Virus record (IMG/VR): IMGVR_UViG_3300032294_002823
Direction: 5' to 3' (one strand)
DNA from: a virus
Length of the DNA stretch: 64,000 bases
The position numbers were made by a program, and so were the translations under genes. Shown piece by piece: positions 27,820 through 37,463 of this stretch. The first letter of the stretch is position 1, and each line of letters starts with the position of its first letter. The notes under the pieces are model-generated. The model ran no database searches and was not told the origin of the DNA. It was given only the letters and a program-made list of their open reading frames with translations.

Positions 27820-29604
27820 ATGGTTAGTAAACAAAATAAGCATTTAGAACACCTCGAAGATGATATCATCAACTTAGGTTATAAAGGCGCCCAACAATCC
27901 ATAGCGTTTGTTGAGGCGCTTTTGCAGCTGTTTCAGGGAGCTGCCAATACAGGGGTTAACGTCACAGTGAAATGGGACGGAGCCCCTGCTGTTGTTGCGG
28001 GACGAGACCCAGAAACAGGCTTATTTTTCGTTGCTACAAAACACGGTGCCTTTGCCAAAACACCCAAACTCTGCTTCTCAGAAACCATGGTGGACATGTA
28101 TCATGAAGGGGGTTTGGCAGACACGTTGAAAACATGTTTCCGAGAACTACAACCCTTGAATATGAAAGATGTTCTACAAGGGGATGTCATGTTTACGCCC
28201 GCCACAAAAAAGATGCAGGTCATTGATGGTGAAGAATACATCACATTCAAGCCTAACACCATTGTGTATGCTATACCCACCCAGGATCCTTTGTCTGAAA
28301 AGATACGAAATAGCAATCTTGGAATTGTCTTTCATACTAAATATTTAGGTACGGGACCGGTAAATACTTTATCTGCCTCGTTTGGTGTTGACACAAGCCG
28401 GCTAAAATCTAGAACCGCCTGGATTGAGGATGCGACATACAAGGACTTGTCCGGAAAAATGACGCTGACGGCACAGGAAACTCGTACGGTTAGTACAAAA
28501 TTAGCCTCCGCCAAAACCAACGCCATATCAGTACGAAAATTTCTTGACGAACTCTCAACACAAAACACTGACCTCACGGTTGGTTACATGTTTAAGATAT
28601 TCGTTAATCGTTTGGTTCGCGCCAACACCCCTATAACACGGAAAAGTCTTTCTGGGTTAGAACCTTTTGTTATCAGTAGAATTACTGAAAAAGAAGCAGG
28701 GGTGAAAACAAGTGCAGCAAAAATGCGTTATGCGGGATTACGTAAAGAGATTCAGGAATATTTACGGGTGAATAGTTCAAATCTTCGAACTATGTTTTCA
28801 TTATACGAAGATTTATTGATGATGAAAAATATTCTTGTTAAGAAGTTGAATGGAGCACAAGGCATTCCTACGTTTATTGAAACAGAGAAAGGATTTAAGG
28901 TGACAGATCCTGAAGGATATGTTGCCATTGATAAAAAAGGAAATGCTGTAAAGTTAGTGAATAGAATGGAGTTTTCAGCAGCAAATTTCAATGCAGTAAA
29001 AGATTGGACAGGACCTGCTCCTGTTGCTCCTGAATTGAATACGCCATTGAAAACTATGGTGTTTGCTTTTGGAAGAATGAATCCTCCAACTATAGGTCAT
29101 GAAAAACTTATAAAGAAAGTGTTGGAGACGGCACGAACAGAAAAAGGTGAGTATGTCATCGTGCTTTCAAAAACTCAGAAATCACCTAAGGATCCATTGG
29201 ACCCAGAAACAAAATTGAAGTTTGCGAAAAAGATGTTTCCTCGTGTCAATCTTGAATTGGCAACTCAACAAATGCCCACAATGTTTGGGTGGTTGAAAAA
29301 GTTTTACGAAGAACAATATGATAAAGTCATCATGATAGGTGGGTCTGATAGAGTGCGGGAATATCAAGAACTCCTTAATAAGTATAATGGAAAAGCTGAC
29401 CAATATACCTTTAAAGTTCTTGAAGTAATATCCGCCGGCGAACGTGACCCTGATGCTGATGGAGCATCAGGTATGTCGGCAAGTAAAATGCGTGAGTATG
29501 CTAAAAATGATGACTTTAAAAATTTCAAGCGAGGGCTTCCATCAACGTTACGTGAAGCCGAAGCAAAACAACTCATGGACGCCGTACAGGCAGGTATGGA
29601 ATAA
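27820..29604 (+). CDS. Fusion of a conserved T4-like domain (DUF6267-like) and a C-terminal HxGH nucleotidyltransferase (cytidylyltransferase-like)
   Basis: N-term HLEHLED, TVKWDGAPA, PEGYVA, KLVNRMEFS; C-term FGRMNPPTIGH, GSDRV, SAGERDPD, MSASKMR. Confidence 0.8.
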   Translation: MVSKQNKHLEHLEDDIINLGYKGAQQSIAFVEALLQLFQGAANTGVNVTVKWDGAPAVVAGRDPETGLFFVATKHGAFAKTPKLCFSETMVDMYHEGGLADTLKTCFRELQPLNMKDVLQGDVMFTPATKKMQVIDGEEYITFKPNTIVYAIPTQDPLSEKIRNSNLGIVFHTKYLGTGPVNTLSASFGVDTSRLKSRTAWIEDATYKDLSGKMTLTAQETRTVSTKLASAKTNAISVRKFLDELSTQNTDLTVGYMFKIFVNRLVRANTPITRKSLSGLEPFVISRITEKEAGVKTSAAKMRYAGLRKEIQEYLRVNSSNLRTMFSLYEDLLMMKNILVKKLNGAQGIPTFIETEKGFKVTDPEGYVAIDKKGNAVKLVNRMEFSAANFNAVKDWTGPAPVAPELNTPLKTMVFAFGRMNPPTIGHEKLIKKVLETARTEKGEYVIVLSKTQKSPKDPLDPETKLKFAKKMFPRVNLELATQQMPTMFGWLKKFYEEQYDKVIMIGGSDRVREYQELLNKYNGKADQYTFKVLEVISAGERDPDADGASGMSASKMREYAKNDDFKNFKRGLPSTLREAEAKQLMDAVQAGME

Positions 29605-30998
29605 TGGCACAATATATTAAGCCGCAAGATGTACAAGATGGAGAACAACGCTATGAAGTTGTCATGCTTGCAGCAGGCAAGGATGGTAGTGTGGTCGAAG
29701 CCACGAATCCCTTACCTGTTACAGGCGGTTATGGCAATAACAATTCATTACTAGTATCTCTGGGCGGCACAAACCTCGATGCGTTTGGTCGCCTTCGTAT
29801 CTCTGAACCACATACACTTGCTGATTATAGTCATACCTACGGAGAAGAAGTTGAACTCTTAACCGCATCAAGTGGATCAGGAACAAAAACTCTCCGAGCC
29901 AATGAAGCATCAGTTCGTTTAACTGTGGGCACAGGCGATGGTGATTTCGTAGTGCATCAAAGTAGAATGCATCATCACTACATGCCAGGAAAAAGTCAAT
30001 TGGCATTGATGAGTTTCATGTTCGGTAACGCCCGAGCCAATACAGTAAAGCGTGTGGGATTATTCGGAGAAGAAGATGGCGTATATTTTCAACAAGCTGG
30101 TAATGGCACTTTACAATTTGTGAAGCGCACAAGTATTAGCGGATCTGTGGTTGATGAAACACCCATCAATCAAGCAAACTGGAACGTAGATAAGTGTGAC
30201 GGAACAGGCGCATCAGGATTTGATTTAGAAATCACTGCTACTCAACTGTTTTTCTGTGATTATCAATGGCTAGGTGTGGGACGTTTGCGTGTAGGATTTG
30301 TGCATAACGGCGAGTTCATTGTGGCTCATGAATTCACACATAGTAATACCTTATCTACTGTATATTGGAGAAATCCTAACCTTCCCATTCGTTGTGAAAT
30401 TCGTAATATCGGTACAGCTGTTGGAACTGCCTTCATGGATCAAGTGTGTTCCACAGTGATGTCAGAAGGGGGATACATTGAATCAGGTGTAAACTTCAGT
30501 AATTATGCGGAAAACATTCTCCTATCAAAAGGATCTCCTGCCGCGGCAAAATGTTTAATGGCTATTCGCTTAACTGACACCTATCAATCTCTACCTAACA
30601 GAAGTGTTGTTCGCTTAACAGATATGAATATATTGTCTGATGGTGCATCCATTGTGTTTGAATTATGGCGCCTCCCCGGAGATGCCAACATCACGGGCGG
30701 TAGTTGGGTGGCGGCTAACAGCTCCTCTGTAGTAGAATACAACATCACGGCAGGCACTAGCTTCAATACTACAGGTGGTGAATTGTTTGCAAGTGGATTT
30801 GTTGCTGCCAACAATCCTTCAGGAAAACAAGCCTCTGGGGGCAATAGTATTGCCGATCCCATCAAGGCAAAACGTGCCTATATCAGTCAAAACATCACAT
30901 CAACAGAAAGTAATGTCTTTGCATTAGTTGCCAGAAACTTAAGCACTACTGCTGATACCAATGCCTTTGCATCAATGCAATGGCGCGAAACTCGTTAA
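29604..30998 (+). CDS. Probable virion structural protein (beta-rich)
   Basis: DAFGRLRIS, YMPGKSQ, WLGVGRLRVGF; late region. Confidence 0.65.
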   Translation: MAQYIKPQDVQDGEQRYEVVMLAAGKDGSVVEATNPLPVTGGYGNNNSLLVSLGGTNLDAFGRLRISEPHTLADYSHTYGEEVELLTASSGSGTKTLRANEASVRLTVGTGDGDFVVHQSRMHHHYMPGKSQLALMSFMFGNARANTVKRVGLFGEEDGVYFQQAGNGTLQFVKRTSISGSVVDETPINQANWNVDKCDGTGASGFDLEITATQLFFCDYQWLGVGRLRVGFVHNGEFIVAHEFTHSNTLSTVYWRNPNLPIRCEIRNIGTAVGTAFMDQVCSTVMSEGGYIESGVNFSNYAENILLSKGSPAAAKCLMAIRLTDTYQSLPNRSVVRLTDMNILSDGASIVFELWRLPGDANITGGSWVAANSSSVVEYNITAGTSFNTTGGELFASGFVAANNPSGKQASGGNSIADPIKAKRAYISQNITSTESNVFALVARNLSTTADTNAFASMQWRETR

Positions 30999-31017
30999 CT
31001 CTAACCGGAACAAATAA

Positions 31018-31617
31018 ATGGATATTCAAAAGCTCAAGGGACATGTTCCCGATACTGTAATCGCACAAATTCCAGAAGTCATGGAAAAGTTTCAAATCAA
31101 TACCCCACTTCGTTTATGCCACTTCTTGTCACAATGTGGACATGAATCAGGCAACTTCAAGGCAGTCAATGAAAATTTGAACTATGGCGCCAAGGGATTG
31201 TTGGGATTGTTCAAGAAGTATTTCCCAACCGAAGCCAAGGCATTGGAATACGAACGTAAGCCTGAAAAGATTGCCAATCTTATTTACGGCGGTCGTATGG
31301 GTAATGGTCCAGAAGCCTCAGGTGAAGGATACAAGTATCGTGGTCGTGGCTACATTCAATTGACAGGTAAGGATAACTATGGTGCCTTTGATAAGGTGGT
31401 ACCAGAAAACATTCTTGAAACACCTGATTTGGTTGCCACCAAGTATCCCCTTCTTTCAGCCGCTTGGTTCTGGAACTCACGTGGATTGAATGCCTTGTCA
31501 GACAAGGGTGCTACAGATGCCGATGTCACAGCCATCACAAAGAAAGTAAACGGTGGTACTATTGGCTTGGCAGATAGAATCAAGCACTTCAAAGAATTCT
31601 ACGCTTTGTTGAAGTAA
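31018..31617 (+). CDS. Glycoside hydrolase family 19 endolysin
   Basis: HFLSQCGHESG, ENLNY, YRGRGYIQLTGKDNY, SAAWFW, ITKKVNGG. Confidence 0.93.
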   Translation: MDIQKLKGHVPDTVIAQIPEVMEKFQINTPLRLCHFLSQCGHESGNFKAVNENLNYGAKGLLGLFKKYFPTEAKALEYERKPEKIANLIYGGRMGNGPEASGEGYKYRGRGYIQLTGKDNYGAFDKVVPENILETPDLVATKYPLLSAAWFWNSRGLNALSDKGATDADVTAITKKVNGGTIGLADRIKHFKEFYALLK

Positions 31618-31643
31618 TAAATAATTAAAAAGAGGACCTTTCC

Positions 31644-32270
31644 ATGTTGACAAAGAATTTAAAATATATGATTGCAATATCCATATCATTATGGGTCATC
31701 TTTGTCTACATGGATGGTCGTAGTAAAGATAAAATGCAGGAGTATATTGATAACTACAAGATATTCCAAGCACAAGCAGATTCAGCAGTAAAGTTTGCTG
31801 ATAGTTTGAAAACACAAATCATCATTGAAGAAACTGAAGCAAAACTTGCACAAGACAAAGCCAGTGAATATGCCCAAGATGTACTAGAATTACGAAACAC
31901 AACGTCTATATTACAAAGTAGACGAGCTGCTTTATTGAAAGAAACCGAAATGCCGCAGACTGTCACGGATTCTTTATCGCACATGACATCAATCATCTCG
32001 CTTCAAGATTCAATCATTGAACAACAAGAAAATACAATAGATACACAAGATGCACAAATTGGACAATTAAACAAAGCTCTACAAAATAAAGACAACGCAA
32101 TATTCTTACTTACAACGTCCCGTGACAGTCTGCAAAAGGTTGTATTAAACATTCCCCCAGCACCGAAAAATCCCAACAAGATGTTTGGCATTCCTTTACC
32201 CAGTAGAAAGGTAATGGCCGTTACAGGATTTATAGCAGGTGCCATAACTACTTCGGTACTACTAAAATGA
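31644..32270 (+). CDS. Membrane-anchored coiled-coil protein, spanin-like candidate
   Basis: N-terminal TM helix, long coiled coil, C-terminal hydrophobic segment; directly after the endolysin. Confidence 0.55.
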   Translation: MLTKNLKYMIAISISLWVIFVYMDGRSKDKMQEYIDNYKIFQAQADSAVKFADSLKTQIIIEETEAKLAQDKASEYAQDVLELRNTTSILQSRRAALLKETEMPQTVTDSLSHMTSIISLQDSIIEQQENTIDTQDAQIGQLNKALQNKDNAIFLLTTSRDSLQKVVLNIPPAPKNPNKMFGIPLPSRKVMAVTGFIAGAITTSVLLK

Positions 32271-32494
32271 AAAAAATGAAAAATCCCTGTTGGAAAGGAT
32301 ATCAATCAATTGGTACAAAAATGAAGAACGGCAAAGAAGTTCCTAACTGCGTTCCCATGAAAGAACAAGTTGAAGAAAAAATTTCGCTATTAACATTTAA
32401 AGATTTCTTGGCATGGGTGAAAGACTCATACAAGAACAATCCTGAGCCTAAGATTGATGATGCACACAGAACTAATCCCATGGGTACCGCATGA
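32267..32494 (+). CDS. Small conserved phage protein
   Basis: PCWKGY...KNGKEVPNCVP motif. Confidence 0.7.
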   Translation: MKKMKNPCWKGYQSIGTKMKNGKEVPNCVPMKEQVEEKISLLTFKDFLAWVKDSYKNNPEPKIDDAHRTNPMGTA

Positions 32495-33108
32495 AAAATG
32501 AATGGGGCACTCCGGAGCTAACACGCAAGTGGCTCAAACAAACACCCGGTCAACATCCCAAGAAAACAAAAACCTTTAAGGAATTTGTTGAAATTGAGAT
32601 GTGTGACACACTTGCCCCATATATGGATAATGAAATTGATTTATCCGATCCCTCTGATGATGAATTGTTACAAGAGTTAGAAGTCATGTATGATGAGATG
32701 TCAGAAGAAGAATGGGAAGACCTACTTCAAGATTATGAAATGGATGAAGAAGTATTGATGGAAAAGGGGTTGACACCCATGGGCAGAATTAAAAAACGCT
32801 TCTCTGCCATACGTTCTCGTCATAAAAGAAATCTATATAAGAACATGGCATTGAATCGTTCCGCCTCACCGCAACGTATTCAACAACGTGCAAAGTTGGC
32901 AGCGCGTAGAATGATGTATAAGAGAATTCTACGTAATCGTCCCAGAACATCATTGTCTCCTGCAGAAAAATCTCGTATTGAAACATTGATGAAGCGCGTA
33001 CCATTTCAGGCATTCATTGCGCGTCAAACTATCCGCTTACGCCCTAACTTACGAAAGATAGAAATGAAGCGCATTGCTAACAGAAGAACAAGAAAAAGAA
33101 AAAAATAA
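32491..33108 (+). CDS. Hypothetical protein, acidic N-half and basic C-half (possible internal head protein)
   Basis: EWGTPELT...TPGQ, KTFKEFVE; Arg/Lys-rich C-terminus. Confidence 0.7.
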   Translation: MKNEWGTPELTRKWLKQTPGQHPKKTKTFKEFVEIEMCDTLAPYMDNEIDLSDPSDDELLQELEVMYDEMSEEEWEDLLQDYEMDEEVLMEKGLTPMGRIKKRFSAIRSRHKRNLYKNMALNRSASPQRIQQRAKLAARRMMYKRILRNRPRTSLSPAEKSRIETLMKRVPFQAFIARQTIRLRPNLRKIEMKRIANRRTRKRKK

Positions 33109-33124
33109 ACTACAGGAACTAGAC

Positions 33125-33430
33125 ATGCTATCATTCAGAGAATTCATCACAGAAGCCGCTCCTGCCTGGCAACGAAAAGAAGGTAAAAGTGCGTCAGGCG
33201 GATTAAATAGAAAAGGCATTGCATCATATCGCCGTGAAAATCCCGGCAGTAAGTTGTCTATGGCTGTAACCACAAAACCCTCCAAATTGAAGGCGGGAAG
33301 TAAAGCAGCCAAACGGAGAAAGAGTTTCTGTGCCAGAATGGGCGGAATGAAGAAAAGATTAACTTCAGCCAAGACGGCCAGAGACCCAAATTCTCGTATC
33401 AACAAAGCACTTCGTAAATGGAATTGCTAA
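33125..33430 (+). CDS. Conserved basic phage protein (DUF6321-like)
   Basis: PAWQRKEGK..SGGLN..G..SY..ENPGSKL...SFCARM...DPNSRINKALRKWNC. Confidence 0.8.
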   Translation: MLSFREFITEAAPAWQRKEGKSASGGLNRKGIASYRRENPGSKLSMAVTTKPSKLKAGSKAAKRRKSFCARMGGMKKRLTSAKTARDPNSRINKALRKWNC

Positions 33431-33434
33431 TTCA

Positions 33435-33442
33435 TATAAATA
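33435..33442 (+). promoter_or_regulatory. gp55-dependent late promoter
   Basis: Intergenic TATAAATA. Confidence 0.7.
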
Positions 33443-33468
33443 GTCATATAATTTTTTAGGAAGTGCAT

Positions 33469-34053
33469 ATGCAAACATTAGAACGTGAAAATCTTGAGGA
33501 GAACTTCGATTTATCCAAATTGGAACTTCTTGTTCGATTGGGATTGATGCCGTTACAAACACTCCCCATTTTACGTAGAGCATTATATAGAATTCAAAGT
33601 GGTACAATGTTAACTCCTGATGACCGTATGGTTATTGCAACACTTCTAAATAAGTTAATGAGTATGTCTTTTGATGATTCTGCAATATTTCAACGAATGC
33701 GTACCATAGTCACCCAAACACGGAACCCTGCCATGGAATCAATAGTTACTGAAAAAAGTGATGAAACGTTAAAGCGTATGCCAGAAGGAATGTTATCCAC
33801 CTTGGCTACCAATGTAAAGAGTAAAGAACGCGCAGGGGGTAAACTCTCTCCTGAAGATAAGCGCGTGGCAAGTCGTGCCAAAGCTGAACTTCGCCGCCGT
33901 CGTGATAATGCAAAAGGTATGAGAGAAAGCTACGAAAATGCATTTCTTTCAACCATGAAGGAATACGGCATCACGAATATTGCAGATTTGCCAAAAGAAA
34001 ATGTAAAAGAATTTTTCAATAAAGTCGAACACCTCTATAATTCAGGAGAATAA
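33469..34053 (+). CDS. Hypothetical late protein
   Basis: ORF after late promoter. Confidence 0.65.
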   Translation: MQTLERENLEENFDLSKLELLVRLGLMPLQTLPILRRALYRIQSGTMLTPDDRMVIATLLNKLMSMSFDDSAIFQRMRTIVTQTRNPAMESIVTEKSDETLKRMPEGMLSTLATNVKSKERAGGKLSPEDKRVASRAKAELRRRRDNAKGMRESYENAFLSTMKEYGITNIADLPKENVKEFFNKVEHLYNSGE

Positions 34054-34056
34054 CAT

Positions 34057-35592
34057 ATGTCAGGCTGGGGTAAAGCAGACGATAAAACATCGTCAGGTAC
34101 AATAACATTAACAGCACCTACCATCACATTCAACGGCGCTACTGCTCATGCCGCTGGTGTCATCACATCAAATAGTCATCCGTTTCAAACAGGCGATGCC
34201 GTAGTATATTCAAACGGTGGCGGCACATCAATTGTAGGACTCACATCAGGTTCAACATATTATGTTGTGAATCTTTCAACAAACACACTAGGATTAGCTG
34301 CAACTGAAGCAAACGCATTGCTCGGCAGCATTCTTGCCACAACTGATGGTGTTGGTGCATCACACACATTGACACATGCGCTATCATTTGGACGCGGTGT
34401 GATTACAGGTTCTTCAACAGCATTTGAAACAGAAGCAACAACAGGTGACTTCATTCGTGTAGGAGACCAAGAAATGGTTATCATTTCTATTGCTTCTGAC
34501 ACCTCATGCCAAGTCATCAATGCTAATCCGCAAATTGCTTTGACAACATTCAGTGGTGAAGGCTACACATTAAGTGAAAAGCCAACATCATTGCCAAGTG
34601 ATCCAAGCATCTTATCAACCGAAGTGTTCGGTGTTAATGCCACTGAAATTGGTGCAGGCGGCGACAATGTAGTTTCTGTTGCCGTAGTAAATGGTGGTAC
34701 ATTATATGTGGAAGCTCCTGCCGTATCATTCACAGGTGGTGGCGGTTCATCAGCAGCAGCTACAGCGACTATCTCAGGCGGTGCCGTCACAGCCATCGCA
34801 GTAACTAATACTGGTTCATCATACGAAACAGTTCCTACTGTTGTTATTCCTAAGGCGCGTGTAACAATCCCAACTTCAGGTGTTGCCACTGCCACTGAAC
34901 AAATTACATATGCAAGTCATGGATTGACTGCCACTAACGAAGTGAAATATTTTCACGGCGGCGGTACTGCCATCACGGGTTTAACAAATAATACATCATA
35001 CTTTATTTCAGCTCTTGGATTAACAGCAAATACATTCCGTCTAGCGACTTCTTCATCTGCTGCTTCTGGACGTGCCGCGCTTGCAGGTGTTGCTATCTCA
35101 GGTACAGCAGGCGAATTCACATGTACCGCAACTACTCTTGCCGTGGGTGACCACATCAAACTTGATGGCACCATCACTGGTACAGGTTCTATACAAAGTC
35201 ACACTGCTGGTAAAATCTATGAAGTTTCCGCTGTTACAGGAACGTCACCTAACGTAACTGGATTCACACTTACACAAGAAGATACTACTGCACTTGTTAC
35301 AACTACAGGTAACGGCACAGGATTAACATTCAATCCGTTTACCATCGTGTTAATTTCTGGCACAGGTAACAATCTTCAATACTTCGAAAAGGTGGCATCA
35401 ACAGCAGCGACAGCAGTAGCTGCCAAGGGTACAGGTGAAACAGGAACTTCAGCAGCACACACTGGTTGGGTAAAGAGAAAGGTGGGCGTGGGTCAACATG
35501 CAGGACGTATTCAATATGAAGTGCTTGTGGCATTGTCAAAGAATGGTATCACAAGTGATGCTGCTGATGACATCCAATTCCCAGACGCATAA
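34057..35592 (+). CDS. Virion fibre/appendage protein with internal repeats
   Basis: Thr/Gly/Ala-rich; repeated H...TGD.V.Y..GGGT.I.GLT...YY units; MSGWGK N-terminus, AHTGWV...GRIQYEVLVA C-terminus. Confidence 0.75.
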   Translation: MSGWGKADDKTSSGTITLTAPTITFNGATAHAAGVITSNSHPFQTGDAVVYSNGGGTSIVGLTSGSTYYVVNLSTNTLGLAATEANALLGSILATTDGVGASHTLTHALSFGRGVITGSSTAFETEATTGDFIRVGDQEMVIISIASDTSCQVINANPQIALTTFSGEGYTLSEKPTSLPSDPSILSTEVFGVNATEIGAGGDNVVSVAVVNGGTLYVEAPAVSFTGGGGSSAAATATISGGAVTAIAVTNTGSSYETVPTVVIPKARVTIPTSGVATATEQITYASHGLTATNEVKYFHGGGTAITGLTNNTSYFISALGLTANTFRLATSSSAASGRAALAGVAISGTAGEFTCTATTLAVGDHIKLDGTITGTGSIQSHTAGKIYEVSAVTGTSPNVTGFTLTQEDTTALVTTTGNGTGLTFNPFTIVLISGTGNNLQYFEKVASTAATAVAAKGTGETGTSAAHTGWVKRKVGVGQHAGRIQYEVLVALSKNGITSDAADDIQFPDA

Positions 35593-35604
35593 TCAGACTA
35601 ACTC

Positions 35605-36051
35605 ATGGCAGATAGCAAAGTAACAGATTTTAGTGCAGCTACGTCCGTCAATTCGGCGGACGTACTGTACCTTATTCAAGGAACTGCTGACAAGAAAATT
35701 TCAATTTCAACATTATTGGCTAATTTGCCCAATAGTTTAACGAAATTTTCTGGACTGATTGCTTTGGCCTTCAATGGTGCTCAAACACTTGCAGGATCGG
35801 GAACCATTCAAACAACACAAACGTTAACACTTATAAGTAATACTGGAACAACCAGTTCGCTGGGTATCAGTGATGGGCTGTATGAAGGACAAATTAAAGT
35901 CATCATGTGTACATCAGCATCGGCAAATTCTACTATTACAAGTAACATCAAGGCAACAAGTATCACGTTTAATTCAGCGGGAGATACAGCACTTCTTGTT
36001 TGGTACGGTAGTGATTGGTGGGTGTTGGGCGGCACAGCAACAGTGGTATAA
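35605..36051 (+). CDS. Probable virion structural protein
   Basis: MADSKVTDF..AT N-terminus; GQIKVI...ITF...GDTALLVWYGSDW. Confidence 0.7.
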   Translation: MADSKVTDFSAATSVNSADVLYLIQGTADKKISISTLLANLPNSLTKFSGLIALAFNGAQTLAGSGTIQTTQTLTLISNTGTTSSLGISDGLYEGQIKVIMCTSASANSTITSNIKATSITFNSAGDTALLVWYGSDWWVLGGTATVV

Positions 36052-36065
36052 ATGTAAATATTATT

Positions 36066-36437
36066 ATGTTAAATGATGAAAATTTTCTATTGTATGCAAT
36101 AAAACATTATAACAATCCTAGTTGTTCTGGGATGAAAGAATTTCAAGATGATGTGAAACGGTTTAAGTATATTAAACGTTTGCTACGTAAATATAACAAA
36201 ACCGGAGAAATCTCAGAAAAGTTAATTCTGAATCACATCATCTTGTTATACAATGTGTTTGGAAATTTTGTAGTACCGTCGCTGTTCTTTAAAATTGAAC
36301 ATGTACATTGGCCTCAAGTTAAAACATTTTTAGTATACTTGAACTACTTGCCGGACAATTATCATATCAATAAACAAATAAACGAAGCTGAAGTACCGCT
36401 AGACAATTTTCTTATAAATAAATTACGAAAGATATGA
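36066..36437 (+). CDS. Conserved T4-like hypothetical protein
   Basis: NFLLYAIKHYNNP.C...KRFKYIKRLLRKY...LILNHII.LYNVF. Confidence 0.8.
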   Translation: MLNDENFLLYAIKHYNNPSCSGMKEFQDDVKRFKYIKRLLRKYNKTGEISEKLILNHIILLYNVFGNFVVPSLFFKIEHVHWPQVKTFLVYLNYLPDNYHINKQINEAEVPLDNFLINKLRKI

Positions 36438-36586
36438 AATCATTTAAATTGTTTATCGAAGAATTGACGGGAGTACCTGTCAATAACATTGCACACTCTG
36501 GGCAAACACAAATTGCCAAGTATGATCCGTTGTTAAAGCTAAAAATGTTTCGTCGTAAACCTAAAAAGACATCAAACAAAAAATAA
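36434..36586 (+). CDS. Small protein with capsid-targeting-like N-terminus (50 aa, below ORF-track cutoff)
   Basis: MKSFKLFIEE...RRKPKKTSNKK*; TATAAATA at 36413-36420. Confidence 0.6.
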   Translation: MKSFKLFIEELTGVPVNNIAHSGQTQIAKYDPLLKLKMFRRKPKKTSNKK

Positions 36587-36598
36587 AGGAGAAATATT

Positions 36599-36904
36599 AT
36601 GTTTTGGATTATTTTGATAAGTGGTCTTGCACTTGCAACATTCTTTGCGTGGAAAAATACAAAGTCCGCTCCTGTGTCTGGATTGAAGTTGAAGATTAAG
36701 GATGGCGCTGATAAAGCCATCTCAACTGCCAAAGACATTGCCGATGTTAACAATGACGGCAAAGTTGATTTTGCCGATGCTGTTGCCGCCGTTAAAAATG
36801 TAGAAGCTGAAACAAAGCGTGTTGTGAAAAGTGCCAAGGCACAAGCAGGCAAGGCAAAGAAGAAGTATGGTGGTAAGGTGAAGAAGCAAAAGCCTGAAGC
36901 CTAA
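36599..36904 (+). CDS. Membrane-anchored protein with EF-hand-like loop and basic tail
   Basis: N-terminal TM; DVNNDGKVDFAD; RBS AGGAG. Confidence 0.7.
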   Translation: MFWIILISGLALATFFAWKNTKSAPVSGLKLKIKDGADKAISTAKDIADVNNDGKVDFADAVAAVKNVEAETKRVVKSAKAQAGKAKKKYGGKVKKQKPEA

Positions 36905-36910
36905 TAGGAA

Positions 36911-37399
36911 ATGGATTTAGAAACCAAGGTTGCTCTTTTGGAAAGCGATGTCAACAGAACGACATCGCTTTTTCAAAAAATGGATACCGCCATTGAGAAG
37001 ATGGGGGATGTATCCAACAGTATTGCGCGGATGTTGGCTGTTCATGAAGAACGGTTAAACAAACAGGACGATATAGACGAGGAGCTTTTCACTTTGGTGG
37101 AAAAACGCCGGCAGGAAATTCAAGGTGATATTAAAGAATTACATTCACGCATCACAACTGTTAGCCGTGAATTGTCTGATGATATCAATGAAACAGAACA
37201 ACGATTAATGACTGCCATGACGTATGGAATGGCAGACATCAAGAAGTGCATCACCGAAGAAACCAAAACTAACACAGACCTAAGCAAAGATTTGGAAAAA
37301 CGCATAGGTGAATTGGAACGTTGGAAATGGTTGATGATGGGTGGTAGCATCGCCCTAGGTACCTTCGCTCACGAAATTGTCGCCAGAATAATTAAATAA
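36911..37399 (+). CDS. Coiled-coil protein with C-terminal TM helix
   Basis: MLAVHEERL, RIGELERWKW followed by a hydrophobic tail. Confidence 0.7.
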   Translation: MDLETKVALLESDVNRTTSLFQKMDTAIEKMGDVSNSIARMLAVHEERLNKQDDIDEELFTLVEKRRQEIQGDIKELHSRITTVSRELSDDINETEQRLMTAMTYGMADIKKCITEETKTNTDLSKDLEKRIGELERWKWLMMGGSIALGTFAHEIVARIIK

Positions 37400-37405
37400 C
37401 ACGTA

Positions 37406-37463
37406 TTGACAACCGAGACATTGTGTTATATCTTTCTGTATAGGAGGATAACGCACAATGTCT
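37406..37463 (+). promoter_or_regulatory. Primase promoter overlapping an RBS-sequestering hairpin
   Basis: TTGACA 37406, TATCTT 37429; agacattgtg/cacaatgtct and tatctttct/aggaggata stems. Confidence 0.65.
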
